Assembly (NCBI GenBank): GCA_030390025.1
Contig: CM059426.1
Coordinates: forward strand, 88,412,001 to 88,476,000
DNA length: 64,000 nucleotides
Reading direction: 5' to 3'
Origin: Squalus acanthias
Taxonomy: Eukaryota
Shown: positions 1-12,146 of the stretch, in pieces
Layout: the number at the start of each line of letters is the position of its first letter
Position numbering within the stretch: position 1 is the stretch's first letter
Program-made: the position numbers and the translations under genes
The notes under the pieces: model-generated
What the model saw: only the letters and a program-made list of their open reading frames with translations
What the model was told of the DNA's origin: nothing
The model's database searches: none

Positions 1-1906
1 TGACCTGGGCCTGCAAGGAGGTGCAAATCTGCAGCCAAGATTATCATGGCTGCTCAGAGGCCCAGGGAGAGAGCTCGCTGGTTCAGCGACCAGGCATTGG
101 TGGCTCTGGTTGTGGCTGTGGAACGCCAACAGGCAGTGCCATTTCCAGACACTGGCAGGAGGTCATTGCCCTGGGAGTTTACAAGGGTGTGGAGGGAGAT
201 GGCCCATTACATATCATCCAGAAGCCTGGTCCAAAGGACTCACACCCAGTGCCGCAAGAAGTTCAATGACGTCACTCGGGTGGTCAGGGTGAGTAGATAC
301 TTGAAATACCTCGACATCCCACCATCTCAACCTCACTCTGTGCACAGACAGTATAAAGTGCCAAATCCCCAACACTCACCCAACAACTATGCCCATCTAC
401 TAAAAGTCACATCTGCATCTCACACCTTGAGGGTGAGTGCGCGCACGAGTTCTGCTGCATAGGACTCGGATGAGGACCTTGATATCGCAGCGATGAATAC
501 TCAGGCGATGAGCATGCATGCATGGGTGCAATGGCAAGGGTGCCCGAGAGCATGGTTGTACTGGCTAGGAGCGTGGAGGAGTCCGCCACCAGCACAGCTG
601 TCATCTGTGCGTAAACCGTCGATCCCATCCTTGCCTCGTTGCAGAGGATGGTTGACTTGCAGAAAGACCAGGGGGACCCAGACCCTATGCCGCGTGTAAT
701 GGGTGAGGTGGCAGCACCTATTGCAGCACAGGGCGAAGCAACGCAACGGCTTAGTGCAGGAATCGAGTCATTGGTTGGTGCCGTCCAATCTCAGACTGCT
801 CTCATGCAGTCTCAGATTGATGTCACGCAAGCGCTGACTGCTGCCATCGTCGCTGGGTCGCCCACAGTCCATCGGGGATTTGACGGTGCCGCAGCAGGCC
901 AGCAATCTGTGCTCGAGCAGATTGCTCCAGATGCTGTGGTTCTGCCCTGGGGGAGTGGCAGTGTGTCGGTCGAGCAGGAAGGTGCTGTCCTCTCTCAGGA
1001 TGACAGCATTCCTGCTCCCACCACTGCCACTCTGCCATTGCACTTGCCACAGCCTGTAACACAGCCAGCCCAGACTGCTGCCGCCCATGCAGAGTTGGTG
1101 CAGTCTGCAGCCGGGCCCTCCAGGCCCAGAGCTGGTTGAGGGCATCCTTCAAGGCCATCTGCAGTCTCTGGATCAGAGATTCAGCAGCTTTTCACCAGCC
1201 TTCCTGCAGCCACTGGGGCCACATTACAGAGGAGCAGTAGGGTTGGAAGTTGGGGCACTGAAGCCAGGTTGTGGGGGCCGGTCTCGGTGATCTGGTCACA
1301 TGTCGTTCTTTCTGGAGGGCCTCCTGGCCCCTGTGAGTACAGGACCTCTCTTGCAGCGGTGAACCCCTGCAGAAAACTGGAGTACTGTGTGCGAGACGCT
1401 GGGTGCCCCTTCCCTGGCTTGCTGAGCCATTTGTGTTAGTGCTGAAGCACTTAGCCCATTTTTTTTTAGGTGCGGAAGGGAATTCAGCTTTACGAGCTGA
1501 AGACTCCCATTTGGGAATTCTTTTTAATGTTAATTTTTTTTCAGAAGGCAGTTGAGCTGTAAGGTGTAAAAACTGCCTACTTTTAAATTAATTTAATTTA
1601 TTTTTCATTTTAGAAGGCAGTTCCCCTTTAAGAGACCGGACTGCTTTCTAAAATGAGAGCCTTGCTTTAAGTGAAGGCTGTTCTTGCTGCAATGACACTA
1701 CGGCCACGCTACATTGAGCCTCCTGCTGGGACTACCGCCATGTACAGTAGAAAACGGCCATTGCACGGTGAGTTTAGCGCTGGGCTAATGTTAATTAGCA
1801 ACCACCGCCAATATCTGGGTCCTGCCAGCGCCATTAATTTCAGCGGCTGTTACCTCCAGCCCACGGTGGCACCGGCAGATTTTTAGCGATCTCGAATTTC
1901 TAGGCC
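1..1906. mobile_element. PIF/Harbinger-type DNA transposon derivative (left end outside the window) carrying Myb/SANT-like gene relics
   Basis: Myb/SANT-like ORF at 46-288; right terminus CGAATTTCTAGGCC (ends 1906) resembles the GGSCNGRAWTT TIRs of other Harbinger-like elements in this window. Confidence 0.7.
46..1139 (+). pseudogene. Harbinger-associated Myb/SANT-like DNA-binding protein gene (spliced, frameshifted relic)
   Basis: MAAQRPRERARWFSDQALVALVVAV...WREMA...RTHTQCRKKFND is a NAIF1/MSANTD-like Myb_DNA-bind_5 pattern; donor AGG|GTGAGT after 288; candidate acceptor CATAG|GAC at 462/463; later coiled-coil-like frame at 639-1139. Confidence 0.7.
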
Positions 1907-3489
1907 TTTGTTTTTAGTATCTCAGTGGTTCTTGTTAAACTTGAGTAAATAATTTTCTCTTTTTTCTCTCAAGTTAGGGCAGTGGGTTAAACAAAGAAGT
2001 TTAGTTCGTAGTCTAATCAATAGGGGCATGGCAGGGCACCTCAGTCCCAGTGCCACGTGGGAAATCCAGGATTCTTCTCGGGTCCTGGACAACCACATTT
2101 GCAGGAATTGTCGTCAGCTGGAGGAGCTTGAGCAGTAGCTGGCATCACTGCAGTACATCTGCGAGGCTGAGAGTTATGTGGATAGCACGTTTCAGCAGGT
2201 GGTCACCCTGCAGCTTACGAGTTTGCAGGCAGAGAGGGAAAGGATGACCGTCAGAAAGACAAGGAGGACCATGCAGGTAGTGCAGGATCCCCCAAGTGCA
2301 TCTCGCTTACTAACCAGTATTGTTCTGAATACTGGCGAGGGCGATGGTTCCTCTGGGGAGTACAACCAAAGCCAAGGCACCATGGGTGGCTCACCTGTAC
2401 AGGGGTTGGGGAAAGGAGGAAGGTTAGGAAAGCAATAGTGATAGGGGATTCAATAGTTAGGGGAACAGACAAGCATGTCTGCGGCCACAGAAGTGACTCC
2501 AGGATGGTATGTTGCCTCCCTAGTGCCAGGGTCAAAGATGTCACTTAGTGACTGCAGGACACTGTGAGGGGGAAGGGTGAAGAGTCAGAGGATATGGTTT
2601 ATATCAGTACCAATGACATAGGTAGAAAGAGGGATGAGGTCCTGCAGGTAGATTTTAGGGAGCTAGGAAAGAGATTAATAAGTAGGACCTAAAAGGTAGT
2701 AATGTCCGGATTACTCCCACGAGCTAGTGAGTACAGAAACAGGAGGACAGAGCAGAAGAATACACGGCTGGAGAGATGGTGCAGGAAGGAGGGTTTTAGA
2801 TTCCTGAGGCATTGGGCTGGTTCTGGGGGAGGTGGGATCTGTACAAGCCGGACAGGTTGCACCTCAACAGGGCCAGGACCAATATCCTCACCCGGGGGGT
2901 TGCTCGTGCTGTTGAGGAGGGTTTAAACTAGCTTGGCAGAGGGATGGGAATCTGAGCATAGATTCAGAAGGGAGAGAAGCAAAGCGGAAGGCAGGAAATT
3001 AGTAAGTGAGTTTGGAGGGCAGAGGGAACAAAGGCTAGAAAATAGACAAAGGGCTTTGAAAGTGCTTAATAGTATATATTTCAATGCAAGGAGTCTAGGG
3101 AATAAGGTAGATGAGCTGAGGGCACAGATAGACATGTGGAAGTATATCATCATAGCTATTATTGAAACATGAAGGGCAGGAATGGCAGTTCAACATTCCT
3201 GGTTACACGGTTTTCAGACGACATATAGAAGGGGATAAAAAAGGAGAGGGGTCGCAATATTGGTTAAAGAAACAATTACAGCCATGAGGAGGGATGATAT
3301 GTTAGAAGGATCATCAAATGAGGCCATATGGGCTGAACTGAAGAACAAAAACGGGGCAATCACACTGCTGGGAGTGTATTATAGACCCCCCAAATAGTCA
3401 GAGGGCGATAGAAGAGAAAATATGTAGGCAAATTTCTGAGAATTGCAAAAACAATAGGGCAGAATGAGTAGGGGGTTTCAACTAACCTA

Positions 3490-4588
3490 GAATCATAGAA
3501 TGGTTACAGCATGGATGAAGGCCATTTAGCCCGTCAAGCCCGTGCCGGCTCTCTGCAAGAGCACTTCAGCTAGTTCCACTGCCCCGTCTTTTCCCTGTAG
3601 CCCTGCAAATTGTTTTCCTTCAGGTACTTATCCAACTCCCTTTTGAAAGCCACGATTGAGTCTGCCTCCACCACCCTTTCAGGCAGTGCATTCCAGATCC
3701 TAACCACTCGCTGCGTAAAAAGGTTTTCCCCATTCTGCCAAATCCTTCCTAAAGTGCGGTGCCCAGAATTGGACACAATACTCCAGTTGAGGCCGAACCA
3801 GTGTTTTATACAGGTTCATCATAACTTCCTTGCTTTTGTACTCTATACCTCTATTCATGAAGCCCAGAATCCCATAAGCTTTTTTAACTGCTTTCTCAAG
3901 CTGCCCTGCCACCTTCAACGATTTGTGCACATATACCCCCAGGTCTCTCTGTTCGTGCATCCCCTTTAGGACTGTACCCTTTAGTTTATGTTTCCTCTCT
4001 TCATTCTTTCTACCAAAATGTATCACTTCGCACTTTTCTACATTAAATTTCATCTGCCACGAATTCGCCCTTTCCACCAGCCTGTCTATGTCCACTTAAA
4101 GTCTATCACTATCCTCCTCACTGTTCACTATACTTCCAAGTTTTGTGTCATCTGCAAATTTTGAAATTCTGCCCGGTACACCCACATCCAAGTCATCAAT
4201 ATATATCAAGAAAAGCAGTGGTCCGAGAACCGACCCTTGGGGAACACCACTGTATACCTTCCTCCAGTTCGAAAAACAACCGTTCACCACTACTCTCTGT
4301 TTCCTGTCACTTAGCCAATTTCGCATCCATGCTGTCACTGTACCTTTTATTCCATGGGCTTCAACTTTGCTGACAAGCCTATTATGTGGCACTTTGTCGA
4401 ACGTCTTTTGGAAATCCATGTACACCACGTCAACCGCATTGCCCTCATCAACACTTTCTATTACATCATCAAAAAACTCGATCAAGTTGGTTAAACATGA
4501 TTTGCCTTTAACAAATCCGTGCTGGTTTCCCTTAATTAATCCACACTTGTTCAAGTAACTGTTAATTATGTCCCTGATTATTGTTTCT
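3490..4588 (-). mobile_element. 5'-truncated, internally deleted CR1 LINE nested antisense in the CR1 at 1975-7575
   Basis: RT ORFs 4096-4554 (FADDTK) and 3700-4095; CR1 tail at ~3490; host sequence AACCTA repeated on both sides (TSD-like). Confidence 0.9.
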
Positions 4589-6364
4589 AAAACCTAATAT
4601 TAACTGTGATAGAATCAGTGTAAAAGGTATAGAGGGCACAGAATTCTTAAAATGCATTCAGGAAAACTTTTTTAGCCAGTACGTAGCAAGCCCAACAAGA
4701 GAGAGGGCGGTTCTGGACTGAGTTTTAGGGAATGAAGCTGGGCAGGTGGAAGGGGTATCAGTGGGAGAGCATTTTGGTGGCAGTGATCATAATTCAGTTA
4801 GATTCAGCGTAGTTATTGAAAAGGACAAAGACAGACCAGGCATAAAAGTTCTTAATTGGGAAAAGGGCAATTTTACGAAGCTGAGATGTGATTTAGCAAA
4901 ATTGGACTGGAAACAACTACTTGAAGGTAAATCAGTGTCAGAGCAGTGGAAGGCAATCAAGGAGGAGATAGTGAGGGCACAGAGCAAAAAAGTTTCCACA
5001 AAGAAAAAGGGTGCGATCCCAAATCTAGAGCCCCATGGATGTCAAGGGGCATACAGGGTAGGATAAGGAAAAAAAGGGAAGCTTGTCAGATACCGAGAGC
5101 TCAATACTACAGAAAGTCTAGAGGAGTATAGAAAGTACAGGGGTGAAATTAAAAAGGAAATTAGGAAAGCAAAGAGAGGGCATGAAAAATATTGGCAAGT
5201 AAAATCAAGGAAAACCCAAAGATGTTTTATAAATACATCAAGAGCAAGAGGATAACTAAAGAAAGAGTAGGGACTATTAGAGACCAAAAGGTCACTTTTG
5301 TGTTGAGGCGGAAGAAGTGGGTATGGCTCTTAATGAATACTTTGCGTCTGTCTTCACAAGAGAGAGGGACGATGCCGACATTGTAGGAGGAGGAGTGTGA
5401 AATATTAGATGAGATAAACATAGTGAGAGAGGAAATATTAATGGGGTAAGCATCTTTAAATATAGATAAATCGCAAGGCCCGGATGAAATGTATCTCTGG
5501 CTGTTAAGAGAAGCAATGGAGGAAATAGCGGAGGCTCTGACCATCATTTTCCAATCCTCTCTGGCTGCCGGAGGACTGCAAACGTTGTACCGTTGTTTAA
5601 AAAGGGAGAAAGGGATAGACCGAGTAATTACAGGTCAGTCAGCCTAACCTCGGTGGTGGGCAAATTATTGGAAAAAATTCTGAGGGACAGTATTAATTGT
5701 CATTTAGAAAGGCGCAGATTAATCAAGGACAGTCACCATGGAATTGTTAAAGGAAGGTCAGGTCTGACTAACTTGAATTAATTTTTTGAGGAGGTAACAA
5801 GGAGGGTTGATGACGAAAGTGCATTTGATGTAGTCTACATGGATTTTAGCAAGGCTTTTGACAAGGTCCCACATGGCAGACTGGTCAGAAAAGTAAAAGC
5901 CCATGGGGTCCAAGGGAAAGTGGCAAGTTGGATCCAAAATTGGCTCAGTGGCAGGAAGCAAAGGGTAATGGTCGACGGGTGTTTTTGTGACTGGAAGCAT
6001 GTTTCCAGTGGGGTTCCGCAGGGCTCAGTACTAGGTCCCTTGCTTTTTCTGGTATGCATCAGTGACTTAGACTTCAATGTAGGGGGCATGATTAAGACGT
6101 TTGCAGATGATACAAAATTTGGCTGTGAGGTTGATAGTGAGGAAGAAATCTGTAGACTGCAGGAAGATATCAATGGACTGGTCTGGTGGGCAGAAAAGTG
6201 GCAAATGGAATTCAATCCGGAGGAGTGTGAGGTAATGCATTTGGGGAGGCCTAACAAGGCAAGGGAATACACAATAAACGGTAGGATACTGAGAAGTGCA
6301 TGTCCACACTTCCCTGAAGATAGAACAGGTAGATAAGGTGGTTAAGAAGGCATAAAGGATACTT

Positions 6365-6975
6365 TACATTGGAGGACCAAACACAGATTGGGTGGCCGCT
6401 TTGCGGAACACCTCCGTTTTGTCCGTAAGGGTGACCCCAAGCTTCCGGTCGCCTGTCACTTTAATTCTCCGCTCCACTCCCACTCTGACATCTCCGTCCT
6501 CGGCCTCTTACACTGTTCCAATGAAGCTCAACGTAAGCTCGAGGAACAGCACCTCATCTTTCGATTAGGCACTTTACAGCCTTCTGGACTCAATATCGAG
6601 TTCAACAATTTCAGACCATAACCTCTGCCCCTATTCTTTTTCACATGGCAGCTGTTGATGATTCTGCCATTGCCATTTTCATTTCATCTAGACTCATCCT
6701 TTGTTTCTTAACTTGTCCCATTACCATCTTCTTTTGCCTTGCACCATCGTCCCTTTTGTCTCTTAATCTCTCCTGCCTTCCTTCCCATCAGACCTTCCCT
6801 TTTGTTCTTTCCTCCCCTCCCCCCTTTCCCTGCCCCTACACTTCCTTAAAAACCTTTTACATCTCCAACATTTTTCCAGTTCTGACGAAGGGTCATCGAC
6901 CTGAAACGTTAACTCTGTTTCTCTCTCTACAGATGCTGCCTGACCTGCTGAGTATTTCCAACATTTTCTGTTTTT
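6365..6975 (+). mobile_element. 5'-truncated Penelope-like element (GIY-YIG C-terminus plus pLTR) nested in CR1
   Basis: ORF 6388-6621 RFAEHL...PVACHFN...RKLEEQHLIFRLGTLQPSGLN is a PLE GIY-YIG C-terminus; flanked by degenerate TSD ATAAAGGATACTT / ATAAGAGATACTT; hammerhead motif at 6878-6914. Confidence 0.85.
6878..6914 (+). ncRNA. Minimal type I hammerhead ribozyme motif in PLE pLTR
   Basis: AGTT-CTGACGA-A-GGGTC(ATC)GACCT-GAAA-CG-TT-AACT: stem I, core CUGANGA, stem II, GAAA, palindromic ACGT stem III, UH site. Confidence 0.75.
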
Positions 6976-8107
6976 ATAAGAGATACTTTCCTTTATTAGC
7001 CAAGGCATAGAATGTAAGAGCAGGGAGGTTATGCTTGAACTGTATAAAACACTAGTTAGGCCACAGCTGGAGTACTGCGTACAGTTCTGGTCACCATATT
7101 ACAGGAAAGATGTGATTGCACTAGAGAGGGTACAGAGGAGATTTATGAAGATGTTGCCAGGACTGGAGAATTCTTGCTATGAGAAAAGATTGGATCGGCT
7201 GGGATTGTTTGCTTTGGAACAGAGGAGGCTGAGGGGAGACTTGATTGAGGTGTATAAAATTATGAGGGGCCTTGATAGAGTGGAAAGGAAGGACCTATTT
7301 CCCTTAGTAGAGAGGTCAATAACCAGAGGCATAGATTTAAAGTAATTGGTAGAAGGATTAGAGGGGAGTTGAGGAGAACTTTTTTCACCCAGAGGATGGT
7401 GCAGGTCTGGAACTCACTGCCTGAACGGGTAGTAGAGGCAGAAACCCTCATCACATTTAAAAAGTACTTGGCTACAGACCAAGAGCTGGAAAGTGAGATT
7501 CGGCTGGATAGCTCTTTTTCGGCCAGCACAGACACGATGGGCCGAATGGTCTCCTTCTGTGCCATATATTTCTATATGTTTGTGGGGGTGGAAGAGATGG
7601 AGGAGATACTGTGGAGCCGGGTGGAGGGAAAGAGCCCTGAGGGAGGGGATTGATCAAAGAGGAGGGCTGGGTGAGGGTTTGATTAGAGGCAGCAGTACAG
7701 ATGCCTTTGATTTGGGACACTAAAACATCCATGACCTCCTCACATTTGCTGTCTGAACTGAGCATAAAAATTTCAGTGGATGGTGGTTGAAGGAGATAAT
7801 TTATTGTGTACAGGAATTTGGAGCTGTTCTTACTCTCCAGAATTATCTTAGATTAGTTCGAGGACTTGGGCATGAAAAGGGAGCAACAGAAGATCTTGAG
7901 GTGATCAAGCCAAAAAGCAAAAGAATTCTGAAATAAATGGTGGGAAAAGTGCTGTCGCCATCAATAAACTCCAGTTACTCTCGATACTTGCTTAAATATA
8001 AAGAATATCTTCAATGAGAACTTTCATTCTGTTCACATTTTTAAATACCGTGTATAATTTCTAACATTCCTAACACCGCCATGCAGCACACGTCGGTTTT
8101 GATTTAC

Positions 8108-8292
8108 CTTGTTCTGTGTGTTAAGAGTGAAAATGCTGTCTTTTTGATCTAGGAGTTTACAGGCATAGGCAATGTTAACAGCAGTTTCCTGTTTGTCTCC
8201 TGTTAGGACCCAGGTCTTTATCCTTGCCTTTCGAAGTGCCATAATAGTATCTGGGACACCCTCCTGTAAGCGATCTACAATGCCCGTAGCAC
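8108..8292 (-). CDS. ATP10D: P4-ATPase exon (P domain, TGDKQETA)
   Basis: [48 protein letters not shown]; AG/GT boundaries; phase consistent with neighbouring exon. Confidence 0.93.
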
Positions 8293-9236
8293 CTAAACAT
8301 GGGATTACAAATTGTTCATTATTTCCACACACAGAATCAAGTGGAACAAATCAAGGAATGATTGTGTTTTAAGCATTATTACATTTTCTGATGCATCTAA
8401 AATTATGGATTTGAGCTTAAGTTCATAGGTTTATTGAAACATCATGAAAATGGCTCCAAATGATCAGCTTTTAGTTATTGCCTCCAAAGCAGGGCAGTAG
8501 CTCCTGGGATAAGGGTGTAGGCCTGTGGAAAACTGCTCCTGCTGCCTTTCTAAGAATCCCAGTTTCAAGTGAATATGTGGAAGCCAGGTGAAGATGGGGT
8601 CAAGTTTGCTGGTAGGTTCAGTGGTTGAATATGATATATATATTACAAGTCTTATGTCTGCATGCATTTCCTGTCTACAAAACCTGTGCGCTGATCCAAT
8701 TACGCCCCACCCTCGAACCCTGCTTCACCCGAGACTACGCATGATCTCGACTCCTTTGGTGAAGTTTTCCGCTACTGTGTTTGTTAGCCCACGATTTTCC
8801 ACTAATTAAAGTGAATGTGTGAAAGATTGCAGGCTGGCGAGCTCACGGCAGAAAATCCTGGTCCCTTTGTGCAATTCCACAGACATAGTTCTTCTTAAAA
8901 AAAGATTTCACCAGCAGTTTTTCAAGGGAATGCAGAAAAAAATGGTGTATTTTACAGCAGGTGCATAAATAAGTCCAGCTTCATTAAAAAAAATTAAAAC
9001 CACAGTCCCCCACAATCTAATATGTTTGGATAGGGATGTAAACAGACAAGACAACCTGCACAAGACTCTGTTAGAACTGTATTCAGCAGCTCTCCTAGAG
9101 TTAATCACCACCCGCTGAACGAGGAAAGCATTTAGAAATTCTGAACACATCCTTAACACAATACTAAAATAAATACATCAAGTTAAGCTGCTGTAAGAAT
9201 GTGGAACGCGCCACGGTTTGGATTGTGATTATTTAC

Positions 9237-9363
9237 CTAGCAGCGTTAGGTTAGTTTCTAGTTTAAGAGCTGATTCGAGCAGGAGCTCCTCTTGGTTATC
9301 AATACTTGTCTGTGCTAAGAGATGGAATTTTAGCCACTCTGAGTACTCAGCATCATTCATCAC
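9237..9363 (-). CDS. ATP10D: P4-ATPase exon
   Basis: VMNDAEYSEWLKFHLLAQTSIDNQEELLLESALKLETNLTLL; CAG acceptor, GTAAAT donor. Confidence 0.93.
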
Positions 9364-10029
9364 CTGCAGAAAAGAAAATGTGAGGTTTAGCATGAACTGT
9401 CTCGAGCCCAACTATCTCTAAATATGGACACTGACCAACTCTGTAAAATCTATCATTACAAAAGTATTTGATAACTGCTGTAGCATTCTACTTGTAAATT
9501 TATACTGATGCAGCAAGATAATATATATATATATATATATAGTTTATTCCAAAGTTATGAATAAATATCTGGTTTTCTTTCACATTTCTCAATTTGCAAT
9601 ATGACCATCCTTAGAAAGGCCCAGAATGATCAGTTTGTACCTGTCCAATGAATAAAGGTATATATTTCTGAAAAGCTGTGATGTCTCTACACACAAGAGG
9701 TTAACATTTTACATAAGACATCATTGTCCTCCCAATCCAACAACAGCATCAGCTTCCGAACTAAGACAACAATAAGCAAACAGGAATGCACGCAATCAAG
9801 CAGACGGCATTCAGTTTCCAAGGTAACTCATTAGCTTCTGTGATTGGATGATGTTAAAAGAGTACTCCGAGGTATTTGCATCCACCTTATGAGCACATTA
9901 CTTCATATTCTTCCTGTGTGCCAAAACTGCTTCAGTTGACATCTCATAGTCCTAGAGTGCATCTTAGTACCAACTGTCTTCACTGGAGAAGAAAATGATG
10001 CCAATGTCACAGTAAAGGAGGAGTTTGTA

Positions 10030-10883
10030 GACTTCATGAGGTCATAGACATACTGGTGAAATGGGCAGACACATGGCAGATGAAATTTATTGCAGAGAAG
10101 TGTGAAGTGATACATTTTGGTAGGAAGAATGAGGAAAAGTAATATAAACTAAATGGTACAATTTTAAAGGGGGTGCAGGAACAGAGAGACCAGGGGGTGT
10201 ATGTACACAAATCTTTGAAGGTGGCAGGACACATTGAGATGGGTGTTAAAAAGCATACGGGATCCTGGGCTTTATTAATAGAGGCATAGAGTACAAAAGC
10301 AAAGTTGTTATGTTAAACCTTTATAAACATTGGTTACGCCTCAGCTGGAATAGTGTGTTCAACTCTGGGCACCACATTTTAGGAAGGATGTCAAGGCCTT
10401 GGAGAGGGTGCAGAAAAGATTTACTAGAATGCTACCAGGGATGAGGGACTTCAGTTATGTGTAGAGACTGGAGAAGCTGGGGTTGTTCTCCTTAGAGCAG
10501 AGGAGGTTAAGAGGAGATTTGATAGTGGTGTTCAAATATCATGAACGGTTTTTATAGAGTGAATAAAGAGAAACTGTTTCCAGTGACAGAAGGGTCGGTA
10601 ACCAGAAAACACAGATTTAAGGTAATTGGGAAAAGAACCAGAGGCGATGTGAGGAAACATTTTTTTAAGCAGTGAGTTGTTGTGATTTGGAATGCACTGC
10701 CTGAAAGGGTGGTGGAAGAAGATTCAATAGTAACTTTCAAAAGGGAATTGGATATATACTTGAAAGGAAAAAAGTTGCAGGGCTATGGGGAAAGAGCAGG
10801 GGAGTGGGATAGCTCTACCAAAGAGCCGGCACAGGCAGACTGGGCCGAATAGCCTCCTTCTGTGTTGTATCATTCTATGATTC
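10030..10883 (+). mobile_element. CR1 LINE 3' fragment
   Basis: RT C-terminal region (KCEVIHFGRKN, LVTPQLE, LRGDLI) with stops; ends in CR1 tail CATTCTATGATTC. Confidence 0.9.
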
Positions 10884-11303
10884 GATAAAATTACTCAAGC
10901 GACAAAAACCATTTCAAAGGACATGACGCTTATCTTTTGTTTGTATATTACAGGAAATGTCACTCAAAATCCAGTGATAAAACCTCCAGGAATATGTCAA
11001 ACGGAGTTGGTGACCCTAGCTGGGATGGCAGTTGGAGTGCTACAATCAGCCTTCTGGGTTAGAAGCAGACAGTTGGTGAGGGTTGCTAATCCTGATCACT
11101 ATTCAGCAACCCCTGTGGGAAGTGTGGCAGTCTGATGACATCAAGACCGGGCTTGACTATCGTGCCCCCAAAGGTCAAATTGCCTGCTGACAGTCACCAT
11201 GAAGGTTTCCAGATGAATAAGAGCCACTTGGACAAGGTACCAGAGACTATACATCAGCAAGGAGAGAAAACTGGTGAAAGCAAAAAAAAAACCTAAATAC
11301 TAT

Positions 11304-11579
11304 GGGCTGGATTTTGATACTGGGGCGGGTTGGGGTCGTGTCATCCGCATTTCGTGTTATCCACCCGCCTGCAATTGGATGTGGGAGATTGATGCAATTT
11401 TCACTTAATTGGGCAATTGCGTTCCAGCATGTGGGAACCCATGAACCAATTAGTGGTTTCAGTCTGAAAGTCGCCTCTGATGATGTCATCATTGCTGCTG
11501 CATTGCAGGTCAGAGACTACCTGGTCTCAGAGATTGCCTGGCCTTTGCTGTGAGAGGACCCGGATGCAACATGAGCAGC

Positions 11580-11637
<58 letters not shown>

Positions 11638-12126
11638 GAGGAGAGAAAGAGAGAGAGAGAGAATTTTTTTTCCCATCCAGGTCCTCTCACAGCAAAGGCC
11701 AGGCAGTCTCTGAAGACATTCAATGCAGCAGCATCAGAGGCGACTTTCAGACCTAATACTACTACTACCTTCATCACATCTCCGTTGTAATAGTGGACCT
11801 GCAAGCTGATAGTCAGCTATCCACTTGTGCTCCCGCCAGGTTTCACTGGCGTGTTTCACATCAGGCGTGCTTCACGTCAGAAAAGGGTTAAACTAGCTAA
11901 AATGTTTCAAAATGGCATTACAGAGCCAATTTAGGGCTTGTTAAGGGCTTTAATGGCCTCTCCCGCCTCTTGGAGGCGGGACGGAGTCGGGAACACCGCA
12001 CACGATTTTATCAAAATTGCGTGGAGGCGGAATGGAGGCGGGATCAAGTCCGCCCGCCACTTTTCGCAATTTTAACCCCCCACACGCCTCCAAACCCGCC
12101 TCCACGGCCCTATGAAAATCCAGCCC
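11304..12126. mobile_element. Harbinger-like MITE with internal inverted repeat around a (GA)n tract
   Basis: TIRs GGGCTGGATTTT / AAAATCCAGCCC; 3-bp TSD TAT at 11301-11303 and 12127-12129. Confidence 0.8.
11584..11661. repeat. (GA)n microsatellite
   Basis: Direct observation. Confidence 0.95.
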
Positions 12127-12146
12127 TATGAAACTTTGTCTTAATA

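Larger units (their letters stand above)
1975..7575 (+). mobile_element. Degenerate near-full-length CR1 LINE interrupted by two nested insertions
   Basis: ORF1 esterase remnant (IVIGDSIVRGTD...CCLP.ARVKD) at ~2435-2900; APE start (IYFNARSLGNKVDEL) at ~3075; RT ([27 protein letters not shown]) at 5839-6336; C-terminal LYKTLVRPQLEY at 7031; CR1 3' tail to ~7575; multiple stops and frameshifts. Confidence 0.9.

Noticed and set aside
11463-11490. GAAA...TC...CTGATGA as a type II hammerhead
   Set aside because: No pairing stems I, II or III could be drawn
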